A stretch of 49,589 bases of DNA, filler included, from Streblomastix strix (GCA_008636045.1; 3 parts of 3 records of this genome joined end to end with filler, not necessarily neighbours in it); one strand, 5' to 3'. Counted from the whole stretch's first letter, positions 11,348 to 24,566 are shown. A program made the numbers and translations. Notes: generated from the letters alone by a model not told the origin.

Positions 11348-12600
11348 ATGAACGAATCTCAAAGTTCTGACACGCAAATAAATACGAAAACCGAACAATT
11401 AATTAAACAATGTATCGAATACGCATAAAACATGATGGCGATGACGCATGAGCGAGTGAAGCTGCTGTTTGGCGCGGAAATAGAAGTTATGTTTGCAGAG
11501 AGTCCGTTTCCCACATATACATTTACCATACATGAGGATGACTATAAAGCGAAAATGAAGCACCTATGTAAGCGAATAATTGACAACGATATGAAGGCGG
11601 CCAGGGGAGAGGACTCAGAAGATTTGTTCGTGAAAAAGGAGAAGAGGAGCCTCGAAACGGAAGATATAAAACTGCTGCAATTACGAAAGAGCGCGTGAGG
11701 TGAGATTGGAGAGCATGTGCTAAAGACGATGATTGATTTGGAGCAGGGGGACTTTGATGGAGGCTGGTATGAGCCTTTCCAAAGATTTCCAGAGAGACTT
11801 TAACGAATCGCGCAGATAGTAAGGTGCAAGATCTGAAAGGATGAACTGCAGCCAATAAAGCAAAAGAGTGCATGACAGGACGCGTTAGGGCCCGGGAAAG
11901 TAGATGGCGGAAATTCTTAGCAAGAAAATCGCAGTTTCAGCAGCACGGTTCAAACCGCTGGGCTATTCTGATAGAGCTTTTATATTCAGAGATCTTGGTA
12001 AATTTAGATATATGGGGTCGGGTTGGAAGGTAGTTACGCCAAAGGGCAGGACAAGGTTAGAACAGGGCGGTCAATATGCGGATGCGATGACTGGGCTGAT
12101 GGACGCATAATAAGCCTTGATGGTAACAATGGAAAACGGACTAGGTGGACACAATAATGTCGAGCAGATAGCGCATGCATATGCAATGCTGTGTGTGGGT
12201 GCAAACGCGGTAGCGCAGCTGAGAGAATTAGCAAACGCACCAAGAGAATTGAGAGGAGTAGTGGAAGGTTGTATTCTACCAGCGGACATATTCTCTGATG
12301 ACAGTATTGAAAGCATCTAGAGGTATCTGGAGATGAAGAAGGTGGACTAAATGCATTTTCCATACCAATGAGGGCAATTCTCATATTCAGTAACCGTAGT
12401 GACAGTAGCACTTTTACCAGCCGTTCTAACCGTTCCAGCAGTTCTAGCCATTCGGAATACAGCAGATACCCTATGCTGCGAGCTAGTTTGGCTATGGGAG
12501 AGGAGCAGCAGCAGGAAGAGGATTCCAATCGAGAGGACGTGGAGGAAGAGGCAGGGGAGCTTTTGGCTCCAATTTTATATCTTTTGGAGGGTAGTAAGTA
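11348..12600 (+). pseudogene. Gag-like ORF1 of DIRS element 2
   Basis: ATG at 11348 (MNESQSSDTQ...) continues into ORF 11432-11698. Several in-frame TGA at 11696-11845. Confidence 0.65.
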
Positions 12601-12699
12601 AGCAGGGGAGTGAGGATTTAGAGTGGGAGTAGTGAGGGGGTGAATGATAGTGGGGAGTAGGGAGTGTAAAAGAGTGAGAGAAAGAGTGTTGAGGATGAG

Positions 12700-14660
12700 G
12701 AGTCGTTGGGGTGAGGGTTTTAACAGTACAATAAACCGTATCCCAACACAAATATGATTGGATCCCGTTTATTACTTTATAGTAAAGCATACGAAAAAAT
12801 AAACATGGATAAAACAATTAGGATTGAATGCTACGCAAAATGGAAAAGCTAAGAGAGCAGGGTAATACTAGCGAAGTAGAAGAGAGTAATTTATTTTAGT
12901 GTGAACGAGGAATGAGCAGAGTAACTGGACTAGTTGATAAAGGAAGAGTTAGATTAAAAAACAATTAAAGTGATTAATTAATAGGAAATCTTATTATGGA
13001 ACAGAACATTTGTAATAATGAAACCGTTAGGAAGATTGAGAAGAAAAATGGATTGTCGACCATTGAACACACAGATAAAAGCTCAGCATTTTACAATAAA
13101 CGATCTAAACAAGATGTTGGAAATATGGAAGAAAAACGATTGGGAATGTTTGATGGGCATTAAATCAGCGTTTAACCATGTGGAAGTAACTGGCGAGTTG
13201 GAGAAATACCTAGCATTTACGCACAGGGAAATACATTATACGCAAGTGGGAATGCCATTTGTGATCTCGATAGCACCGAGGACATTCGCAAAGACAATAT
13301 AAATAACAATAGATAGAGTGAGAAACAAGAGCCCAGTGCGGATAGTAAATTATGCAGACCACATTTCATTTCTAATGTAGGATCGGTAATAGCTAGGGAA
13401 GGAAATTGAATAGATAGTATGGGAGTTTAAGAAATATGGATAGGTGATTAATGAGAATAATAGCAGGTTGAATCCAGAGTAACAATTTATATTCCTGGGA
13501 TAGATATATAACTCAATAACAATGAAGATCTAATTGACTAATGAGAAAAGGAAGGAACTAAAAACATTAGTGCAAAGATAGATAGAATTAATAATGGAAG
13601 AAAGAGTATAAAGGATTAAAAGCGTGGCAAGTTTGGTTGGTAAGCTTAAGTTTTCCACTCCATAATTCAAACGAGGAGGACTGAATCTATAGCAAATAAA
13701 TAAAAAAATGAGCAAAGCCGCGAGGGTAATGGCCTGTACAAGCGAAATGATAGTAACGAGGAAGTGTTTGACAGAACTATATTGGTAGATGACATAATTG
13801 TAGAACAATAAGCTAAGAATGATAGACAAGAGAAAGAACTAAGTAATAATCCAGGCGGACGCATCAATCGTAGGATGAGGAGCGAGCGTGATTAAGAATA
13901 ACACGCGGATTAGAGCGATATACGGATAATAAGAAGCGGAAATGGAGAATTCTAACGTGAGAGAGATACTGGCGATATAGGGAGTAGTTCAAGTCCTTAA
14001 GGATTTTATTAAACTATAGGAATATAGCTTATTAATGATAGAAACAGATAATACAACAGCATGTTTCTCAATAGCAAAAGCAAAAGCAAAATATCATTTG
14101 AGGAAAGCGATAGATTCAATTTTATAAATAGAAGAGGAAAATGGATGGACATTTACAATAAGACATATAGTTGGGAAGTAGAATAAAGAAGCGGACGTGT
14201 TATTAATGTTTTCGATGGCGGGGGACTATTCAATAAGGAAGGAGGTATTAGAACTAGCTCTGAAGGACTGGTAAGTGGAAATAACAGTGGATTTATTCGC
14301 TGCAAGGAATAATGCTAAACATAAGAGATACTATACTTTTGGTAAGGACAAAAAAGCAGAAGGATGAGATACAATGAGAGTCTCTTGGGAGGAGGAGTTT
14401 GCATTAATATACCCACTGATACCAATAATAAGCAGAGTAATAAGGAAAATAGTAGATGAGAGGGTTCAAGGAATAATGATAGTACCTCACTGGCCAGGAT
14501 AACTTTGGTGGACATAGTTAAAGGAGATAGCAGTGAGAGAGAGAGAAAAGTAGGGGAGAGCGAGAAGGTATTGGAGATGGGATCGAAGATGAGGAAGAGG
14601 AGTCTGAAAGTTCCTCCGGGGAGGATATTGGTTTTAGAGGTAAACTGGGATAAGATGGAG
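12700..14660 (+). pseudogene. pol (RT-RNase H-MT) of DIRS element 2
   Basis: DCRPLN, IKSAFNHV, MPFVISIAPRTF, NYADH (decayed YADD), QADASIVG*GA, ETDNTTA, VDLFAARNN and VPHWPGQLWW. Confidence 0.88.
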
Positions 14661-15670
14661 CAAGAATATTTCGATCTGCATTAGAAGCATCCGGATTATC
14701 AAGAAATGCAATTAGATACATAAAAGATAACTGGCATGGAAGTTGGAGAAGGCACGAATGCGCATTAACAGCCTTTTCGGAGTATTTGAGGAGGAGAGAA
14801 ATGAGTGCATAATAATTAACAAGAGTTGAGAAACCGTATATAATAATAGCAGAATATATAACGGAGATAATAAAGGATTAGTCAGACGCATTCGTAATAC
14901 AAGCAAGGATTTCAGTATCAACAATTTTTGAGTTAATGGGAAGAGTGGAGAAGGAAATAAGAAATAAAGTTATGGAACAGCTAATGCTTAAGTCTGTGGC
15001 AAATACAAGGAAAGTTATCAGGGAAGTGACAATATGGAAAATGGAGTAGCTACTTGACTACATAGTAAAACTTAGTGTGGATAGAGATAATGGAAGTTTA
15101 ACAGTTACTGAGTTAAGGAGAGTCGTAATAACTATATTTATGGTATACTCAGTTTTAAGATTGTCAGAGCTATAAAGAGCTATGCTAAATACAACACAAA
15201 TTGATCAAGGAATAATAACAATATGTACAAATCTACATAAAGGTAAGAGAGGAAGAGTAGAAGTAACATTAAAAGTAGTAAATAACAAAGCAGTATGCCC
15301 AATCACATGGTTTAAAGCATGGAATGAGAAGAGAAAAATCAAAACTACAGATAAAGACCTATTATGGAAAAACAGCGAAAATAAAAGATCATTAACACCA
15401 GAAAAATGTAGCAAAGAGGTGCATATAGTTATGAGTAATGCTGGCATTGATAAGAAGTTCTCAGTAACAACTATAAAAAAAGTGGAAATATCCGCATTGA
15501 AAAACAAAGATAAAACCAAGATAGAGATAGATAGATGAAATAGACATAGTGAATCAGCGGATATAGTAAGAGAGAATGACGATGTGAATAACAATGATAG
15601 CATAAGAAAAGCACTATCCGAATGCGTCTCTGCTAGAGAAGAGGGTGGAGTGAGTGAGTTGAGGGAGTGA
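14655..15670 (+). pseudogene. Tyrosine recombinase of DIRS element 2
   Basis: ...FMVYSVLRLSEL...AVCPITWF...FSVTTIKK...IDR*NRHSESADIVRE...TGA (15668-15670). Confidence 0.8.
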
Positions 15671-16166
15671 GGTTTTTATTTATTATATTATGTAATATTA
15701 AATGAGTGTGATGTAATAATAAATGATAAATGATGAAATGTTTGAATGTTGAATTAATTGATAATAAACGTTTGAATGTTGAAATTAAATAACAAATAAA
15801 ACTAAATTTAAAATAATATAATATAATATAATATAATAAGTTAAGAAAATATAATAATAAATATATTCGAAATTAGAAAGAAATAAATAATATATTATAA
15901 TATGTTACGAAATAACATAATGAAATAAGGAATTATATATGAAATGAGAAAAAAATATATAAGTATATAAATATATAACAAACACATTACCAAATATATA
16001 TAATAAAACTAAAGAGAATATTATTCACCCGGTACTCTTTCCTCTTAAAGAGGGGTTTTAATGAGGCCGGAAGCTATAAATATATAAACCAAATGAGAAT
16101 TGTAAATTATACACATATATAAATAATATATTATCATGCATTAATTATTCTTTAAATACTTTATAT

Positions 16167-16269
16167 GTGCAATAAAGAGGTTGGCTCGCCTTATGTAAGG
16201 TGGGTGACATAATCTGCAATGAAATGGAATGTTATGGAACACCACCTGTAATAAGGCGAGCTGACCTCT
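16167..16269. repeat. ICR of DIRS element 2 (imperfect hairpin)
   Basis: CAATAAAGAGGTTGGCTCGCCTTATGTAAGGTGGGTGACATAATCTG is complementary to the 5' end. It is followed by an inverted arm, CACCACCTGTAATAAGGCGAGCTGACCTCT. Confidence 0.8.
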
Positions 16270-16470
16270 CCCACCCTTCGCAACTGCGTTGCCCTCCCTT
16301 GGAAGAGGAGTGAGTACACAGAGGCCAGCGAAGAGATGGAAGGGAAATGATTGAATTGAAAGGCGAGCTGGACCAGATGCGAAACGTGTCCCAGTGGGAT
16401 CAATATGAAGAAACGCATCAGAATAACTGAAGAAACAAAATAAGGAACCAAGGGATTGCAATGTTTCATG

Positions 16471-16570
16471 NNNNNNNNNNNNNNNNNNNNNNNNNNNNNN
16501 NNNNNNNNNNNNNNTTAATTAATTAANNNNNNNNNNNNNNNNNNNNNNNNNNNNNNNNNNNNNNNNNNNN
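16471..16570. other. Artificial contig-joining spacer
   Basis: N44-TTAATTAATTAA-N44, identical to 33031-33130. Confidence 0.98.
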
Positions 16571-18568
16571 ACTTTAATATAAGATGTAATTTTGAATGAT
16601 GAGAATGATATGGAGAATAAGAAAATTGCTTGTTAACTTCTTGATGCACTTTATTCAGAAGGAATTAAACTACCAATCAATTTTAAAGATAAAATAATTA
16701 AAATGTTTTCTGATAAATCAAAATCTGATGATGATGATAGTGATGATGATGATGATGATAAATAATATGCATTGATATCTCTTTCATTAATTGCTGTAAA
16801 TTAAGGTTTATTTAATTTCAAATTGTAATTTTATATGTAAATAATTAAAATATTTATAAAAATAATTTTATTTAAAATAAATTATATATTATTCAAAATA
16901 TATTTTTTTTAGATAATCATAAAGCAATTATTTCTGAAGGCATTATTGAAATAACTTGTGAATATATAAGGTATGAATTTTAAACTTTTTTAATTAAAAT
17001 ATATAATACATTTAACCATTATTTTATTTTCTCATCAATATTTAAATTTTATTTTCTCATCAATATTTAAATTTTATTTTTATTTATTTAATTATAAAGA
17101 AAAGTTGTGAGACGTTTTAAATTTAATTATTATGTAGTAAGAAATTCAATGCATCTTTTAATTAATCTAATAATATTTGGGTAATAAGAAACACAATTAA
17201 AAATCAAATAAACACTTTAATATATAATTATTAATTAATTAAAAGAAAGCTCCACATTAATAAATAAATATAAATAACTTATTAGTTCCTTTACCCATCC
17301 AAATTAAATGAAAGAATTTGTGAAAATTGGAAGAATTGTAGAAAATCGAAGCGAAGAAGGAAAAATTGAATTAATTAAAACAGGATTAATGTAAATGATA
17401 AATAAAATGATTGAAAAGGAGATTTTGGAAGAAGAAGGAGAAGGAGAAATAATTTCTATTAATAAAAATATATTATTTTATCTGGTGATTTATTCAAATA
17501 CAATTAAAATAATAATAAATGAAACTGATTTCTTTGAGTAATATTTAAATCTTCTAAACTCTCTTCCTCTCATATAAATGAAGTCAGGATTTCTTAATCC
17601 ACTTTAGTTATTTTCTTATAATATTTCAATTGAATTAAATCAGAAATTATTTGAAAAGGGAATAATATAATCAATGGTTAAGTTATTAAAATCTTAAAAT
17701 GAAGATATTTTTGAATGTGCAAATAAAATAATTTAAAAAATTATCAGAAATGGAGTAGAAAAATTGAAAGAAGGATAGTAACATCCATTTTATAATTAAT
17801 TATAATCAGATGGAACAATATCATAATTAATTCAATTATTCAAAGATAAAGATAAATCAAATATTCGTAATGAAATTGCAAAAATATTTGCGTATATTAT
17901 TGTTCACTTCCACTTCCTCGTGATATCAGAGAAACAGTTATTGAATATCTCAAATTCAAGTCTTATGAACTTCTTGCTCTTATAGCTGAATGTCAAGGTT
18001 TAAAAAATCTTACATCATTTTAAGGAAAAAATATTATCTAATATTTATTGATTAAATTTAAATTATCATTTTATTTATTAATAATTTAATTCATTCAAAA
18101 GACAATCATGATGCAATATTGAAAGAAAAATTTGAAAATAAAATCTTTGAATGTGAATGTTAAACGCTTGATGATCTTCAACTTACTTATAATCTTCTTA
18201 AGTTTGGAACAAATGTAAATTAGAAAAAAGTTGCATTGGCTGTTAAAGAGAAAGTTGAAAGATTATTAATTGATGAATATGTAAATGAATTAAAAAGGAA
18301 TCATTATTGGATTAATAAAGATTAATTAGCATCATAAGCTAAAGAAATAATCGAATAGATTAGAACTATTGAAGAAGCAATGGAATAAGAAGGTGAATTT
18401 GAAGAAATTAATACTCAGATGATTTAAAATAAAGGAAAAGATGATGAAAATTAAATTGATATTATTTGGAATTATGATTTTGAACAAGTGGAAGAAGAAG
18501 ATGAACAAGAAGAAAATAATGATGTAATTCAAGATTAGGATAATGATCAAAGTTATCCCGATGAATGA
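16571..18568 (+). CDS. ARM/HEAT-like helical-repeat protein of an expanded family (5'-truncated, introns, frameshift near 17895)
   Basis: Table-6 exons: ...SMVKLLKSQNEDIFECANKII...EGQQHPFYNQLQSDGTISQLIQLFKD..., an acidic tail, and TGA at 18566-18568. Shares the QHPxF..GxI..L motif with 48342-49589. Confidence 0.65.
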
Positions 18569-18877
18569 TGATCAAATAAACAACATTTTTTTTTAATTAT
18601 AATATCAACTCTTATTTTCATAAATAAATACATATTATAGTTCTTTTTAAATTACGAATGGTTTATTAATTTACAAATAGACCCATGCTCACATCTGAAT
18701 TAATCCCTACAATGTTAAACATCTTGAGTATTAAGAATGATTCCGTATCTAATTCTTTCTCTATATAAATATAAATATCCTTCATCCAATAGTCATTCTT
18801 TTCCTCCTTAATTCAACAATCAAAAATCTTCACCTCCATCCCACATAAAACCCCCAAACTAATCACCATTCATCCTT

Positions 18878-19730
18878 TCATTCAATAAAAGCCGCAATTT
18901 CCTCCACTTTCTTCCTCGGCCTTTTCGGATTCTAGTATCCGTCAGCCGCATATCCAACAGCCAAAGAAAGGATGTACTCTTCTTTGGACTCGTCTATCCC
19001 AAGCGCTTTTGAAACATGCTCAGTCCCAAACTCGGATGAGAAACCGACGATCACGGCGCCTGTTGGTTTGTTTGGGATTTGTATGTTTATGTAGGGAATA
19101 TATTATGTATGTTATATATTATGTAGTGAATATATTATGTATGTTATATATTATGTATATTATATATTATATAATGAAAATATTATGTATGTTATATATT
19201 AGTTTGTATAAGATAAATATAATTTTTTTATAATATGTATTATGGTAGTAAAAATGATGATTGATACCGAGTCCGAGCTCTTCTGCCTATTGATATACAA
19301 AATAAATAATAAGAAATATATAAGAATTAAAATAATGAAAGTTTAATAATAAATTAATTATTTTACAGACTTCAAGTGCCATGCTCTCAACAGCCAGCCC
19401 TAAATCGATATACTTCATATGAAATGCTTCTCTATACACACTGCAATATATCACGACTGGAGCATCGTAGTGGAGCACACTTCTTTGTCCTGGAGATTTG
19501 CTTTGTTTCATTCCAGGGAATTTCTCGAAGATCAATGGTTCAATAATGGCTCCAATTTCATCGTTTTTCTTCTGATTCGTGACTACGCGGAAGAACCATG
19601 CTTGTTGATTCATAGCAGAAGGCGACAAACGAGCACTTTCAATGATTTTGTTAATCTTTTCTTTTTCCACTGGTTTTTGTTCGAACTTGCGGCAGCTAAA
19701 CCTTTTCTTGATAGTTTCTAAAACAGACAT
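18878..19730 (-). CDS. Nitroreductase family protein (3 exons, including a 19-nt micro-exon at 19268-19286)
   Basis: MSVLETIKKRFSCRKF...ARLSPSAMNQQAWFFRVV...DLGLAVESMALE|AEELGL|GAVIVGF...LAVGYAADGYQNPKRPRKKVEEIAAFIE-TGA. Splice phases are consistent. Confidence 0.92.
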
Positions 19731-20185
19731 CTAAGTATGTTCAATAAAATATAATTATTTAAATCAGTAAAATGCTATTCCATCTAATGCTATTATTAGT
19801 TTCGGTGAAAATAATTTAATTTGCGTTTTTTAACTTAAAGAATCAATAAATTGGAGAATTTAATATTCTAAATTAATGGAATAAATATATTAATTTGTTT
19901 CAAATAATAATTTTATTATTAAGTGCTGTAATAAATATGCAATTGTAATTATTTCTACGAGAGCTAATATTAGCATGATTATAAACATATTTATTATTCC
20001 GCAAAATAAATTATTGTTAATTAAAAAAATTATTCGTTTGGAAATTAATTAGAAGCATTAATAAAATGTAATGTGGATACAAAAGGTAATATTCAAATAG
20101 TAATATTCAAAGTTGAAGTGGATTGCAAAGCAAGACAGGTTGGGTTTGAAATGAAATTAATATTTCATATTGAATTATTGCTTAT

Positions 20186-23100
20186 TCACCTCCTCAATTT
20201 TGCTGCAACCTCAGGAACAGCTAAGATCTATTCCGCGGTTATTCTGCGAGTCTAATCCTAATGATAATATAAATCAATAATAATAAAAATTGAAATTAAA
20301 AAATTAATTAATTTGTTTTTACACACTTTTTCTAACATCCTCATGATCAGCTTCTCCAAATCTTTAGAAAACCCTTCTGGAAATTTTGATGGAGGTTCGT
20401 CTCTTACACTGAATACAATTTATAGTGAATTGGGATTTGCCTTATTTAGAATAAATAATTACAAATAAATTATCAAATATGTTTAAATATTATATTTTGT
20501 ATAAATAATTAAAAATGCAGAATATAAAAATAGTATTTAATCATACTTTTCCATGAGAAAATGGATGAACCAACGCAAGAAGTTCATATATTATTACTCC
20601 TAAAGCCCAGATGTCCACAGCAGTTGTTATACAACTCTCTCTGTTGTATATATAATAATAATATATGTTAATAGTCAAATATGAAATTAATAAAAAATCA
20701 TTAGAATAAATATTGTACTACATTTAAATATATTTAAAATTAGTTAAATTATTATTTTGTATGCCCTTCTTAATTATCTTATTCATTTGATCCGGTTTTA
20801 GGAAGAAGCTCTGGTGCAAGATATGCTCTATTGGATTATTAAAATTATTAAAATATTTATTGAAAATAATGTTTATAATGAATTGGAACATAACTTAAAA
20901 TTTCATTAAATTAATTTTTTAAAAAATTAATTTTTAATATCTCTTTTATAATTTATAATCATACTGTGTTCCTCCAATCATCGTAACATATTCTTTGCCA
21001 TCATGAAGTCTACATGCTAGACCAAAATCAGCTGAAATGTATAAATTAAATATATAAATCAATTAATAAATGAATTTAATCAATAATATATAAATATAAA
21101 AGTAAATTAATGAATATATATATTATAAATCATACTAAGTTTTACTTTGTAATCTTCAGTAAAAAGAACATTCTCAGGTTTCAGATCTAATTAAATATTT
21201 CATATTAAAATTGTTATTATATAATCATATATTTATTTTAAGTTATATACAATATATAACCTGCGTGAATTATTTTGTTTTTGTGCATCAAATTCAATGC
21301 AGATGCAATCTCACCAATATATACTAAGCACATCTGTTATATAATAATTTATTTGAATAAATAATAATTAGAATTAATTTGAATAAATATTAATGATAAT
21401 AATTTATTTGAATAAATAATCAAAAATATCATTATATTATTCTTTTATATATTAATTATAATCATTCAATTAATTTTCTATATAAAATGAATTACTATAA
21501 ATAATACTATTACCTCTTCGCCCATTTTCATTCCCCTCTGCCTCATTTCTTTGATCTGATCGCGCATATCACCTTTAGAGCAGTACTCAAGAATAAGAAA
21601 CGCTTAATTCCTATCATCGCTTGTCAAGAAGTCAATCGGCTGGACAAGCGGAATGAATGAATCGCTTGGAAGAGCTTTCTTCATTGTCCTGAAGGCTTCC
21701 TTCATGAGTTTGTACTCTTGATCAACTTTTGACTTCTGATCTGCTGATCTGTAATCCAACTGTTTCACAGCTACACTGTTCCCTTTCTTCGTGTGCCTGG
21801 CAAATATGACTGTGCCAAATGCGCCTGCTTTGGGCTTTTAATCTATTATCTGATCTAATTTATTATATATTCATAAATATATATATGAAAAAATGAATGT
21901 TTTGTATATAAATTAATTATGAAGTAAATATTCAAGTTAAATAATTATCAATTTATGGATAAAATCAAAATAAAATTAAATAATTACATACAATCATGTT
22001 TCAGTAATATTGGATTCTATTTAATATGAAGTGTATAAGAATTTTATGATGATAAAGAAGACGTTGAAGAAGAAGATTGGAATAATTCAATCTAAGAAGT
22101 ATTTTATTGTTGTTTACTTCTTGAAGTTCCAGCTTATTGATTTGCTTATCCTTATTCAACTTAATCAGCAACTTGCACAGTTCTCGAACTGCAACAATTG
22201 CAACATGCAGAACAATTCTCTTACATTGAAGAGCAACAATTTGAACAACAAGTTTAGAATCCATCAGTATCCGTTGTGAAGCAATTTTAGCAACTTGGGA
22301 ACTCAACATCATCACCGCAGCAACTAATTGAGCATTTTTAATCATCTAAACTGTTGTGTTGCGAATTCTTGCATGGGTTGAAAGATCCAAATATGGCAGT
22401 AATTATAAATATTGGGTACCCAATTAGTAATATTAGTATTCCTGATCCAAGTGATAACATTTCAGTATCTGAATTATCTTCTCTAACTCCATACACGATG
22501 CTTAAAACAAATCCAGTTATTGTAGATAATATACCAAAAACTGTGAACATGTCACATAAAAAATACAAATTTTCTTTAACATTACTTCTTTCAAGACTTT
22601 TAGCTTTTTTATATGTTGCAATTGCAGGAATGAAACATAGAATATTAAAAAGATTGAATGATGATGGAAAAACAAGGATTCCGTGCCAATAACAACATTC
22701 AATTATTAAATACAAGATTGAACCTGATCCAAGAAACAAACTTAAGGAAATAGTGCCTATCTATAAAATATATTAAATATTCATTAATATATTAAAAATT
22801 AAAAAATAAATATAAATAAATTAAAATAAAAAAAATTAAATGTTAATAAATTAAAATAATAAATATATAAACATATTAATATAAAAATCATTTAAAAATA
22901 TTTCATACAATAAAAGCACTTTTATCTTTGTTGAAATCCATCGCTAAATGAGTAGCAATCTTTGATCCAGAGATAATCGATTGAATAAAAACATCAATTC
23001 CACTGAATTATAATGCACCATATGTCAATTCATCAAAATCACCAGCATTTGAATATCTATTGTCAATATTCATATTTTCAATATTATTATTATCATTTGT

Positions 23101-23421
23101 ACGTGATTAACATTCAGATGAACCAGTAAGATAAAATCCACAAGGATTCATGAATAGAATCGACCAGAAGAAGAAAACTCCAACAAATGCAGAACTCATA
23201 ATTAAGAATATCTTGAATCGTGGACCGCCTTTGCATACACTATAAATGATGCCTTCAATGCCAAATACAAGAAGCCATAATGAATTGAGGAACCAGAAGA
23301 TCGCTAATATGCCAAAACCATAAAGTGGTGTGTAAACAGCGAAAGCGACTAAAAATGAATGAAATCCAAAGACAACTTGAACGATACTAAATATCAAATA
23401 GACAAAATGAAATGCGTTCAT
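20186..23421 (-). CDS. Multi-pass (~7 TM) membrane protein fused via a Cys-rich linker to a Ser/Thr protein kinase domain; 10 exons
   Basis: Continuous table-6 frame through ORFs 23107-23424 and 22338-22739 and nine phase-consistent introns into AGAFGTV, VAVK, EYCSKGD, HADLKPEN, DFGLA, GGTQAYLAPE, DIWALGV and RITAEQIL...RR-TGA. Confidence 0.87.
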
Positions 23422-24566
23422 CAATATAGATCTGAAAAATGAATATATAAATTAAAATTAATCTAAAAATATTGAGTAAATTTTTTATATCTGATTTTTA
23501 TGGAATATAGATATAAATTGTTATAATTCAGATAATAATTTAATATAATATAATTATTTATTTATAATGTCATAGTTAAGCATTACAATTATATATAAAC
23601 TAATGCATTTTTTAAAAAGTTTCAAAATAAAAAATAAATAATTTTAATTTTGCAGTTGAAAATAGTTAAAAATATGAAGAATTTATATAAAAAATATATA
23701 GAAAAATATTATATTTGGAAAAATATTATTTCTTTATGACTTTGTTAAGTGACTGATATGCAAAATAGATTTAAAGATAGTTTATTATTAATTTAGTTAA
23801 GTAAAAGATTAAATAAAAATATATTAAGTTAAATGAATATGTAAGTAATAAAAATAAATAATTTTAATAATATTTCTTGGAAATTATATCATATTATTGA
23901 TTTATTTTTATAATGTTGATTTCTACATCGAAAGATCACTAATATTATATAAAATGTAAAAAGTTGTATTTACTGTAATGAAATAAATATTATATTTTTT
24001 TGAAAACAGTAAATATTTTACTTTAACTCTGTGAAATTTGTTAAAAACAATAATTTGGTTTTTTAATAAATAAATTAGAAATTTGCATTTTGATATTTAT
24101 CTTTGAATCCTCTTCAAGATTAATGATTGCTTAATTATATTTTTCATAAAAAGATTTATATTTAATAATAAACCACGGGTTGGTCAGAAAGTAATTAGTT
24201 AAATTTCTTTTCATTCTAAAATTCTTTCTTTCTGATCTTTTAAGTTAATTTCTAATTCAAGACGTTTTGTTTCTAGTATTTATGGATCATTTGGTTGAAT
24301 GTTTAAATAGAATTTATGTCTAAATAAATAATAAAATAAATTCAGAAAATTTAGGCATGCCAAGCATTTTATTTCGACAAGCGGATTTAATCAACATCTA
24401 TCGCAAAAACAAAAGTGTGGGTATATTAAAAATATTAAAATCAACTCGTCAGAAATTATATGTTAGCACCAATAAATTAAAATTACCCACAGGCAAATAA
24501 AATTAAATTATAAGTGATGTTTTGAATAAAAAAAACACTCTAAAATTAGGCTTCCGTCACAAAACA

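Larger units (their letters stand above)
11244..16470 (+). mobile_element. DIRS1-like retrotransposon 2 (different family, degenerate; 3' ITR lost at the contig end)
   Basis: The 5' terminus (11244-11312) is complementary to 16167-16235. Gag, RT-RH-MT and YR ORFs lie in order. Confidence 0.88.

Noticed and set aside
11690..15540. TGA reassigned to Trp or selenocysteine
   Set aside because: Internal TGAs occur only in decayed copies and also replace Gly and Arg. Intact genes use TGG for Trp and TGA as stop.
16471..16570. Palindromic TTAATTAATTAA within N runs (also at 33031-33130)
   Set aside because: An artificial six-frame-stop linker. The near-equal descending contig sizes (16470, 16460, 16459) indicate size-sorted concatenation, so no cross-contig synteny was inferred.
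17021..17080. 26-bp tandem duplication, and similar short repeats at 19100-19200 and 21340-21420
   Set aside because: Intronic AT-rich slippage repeats with no sign of function.
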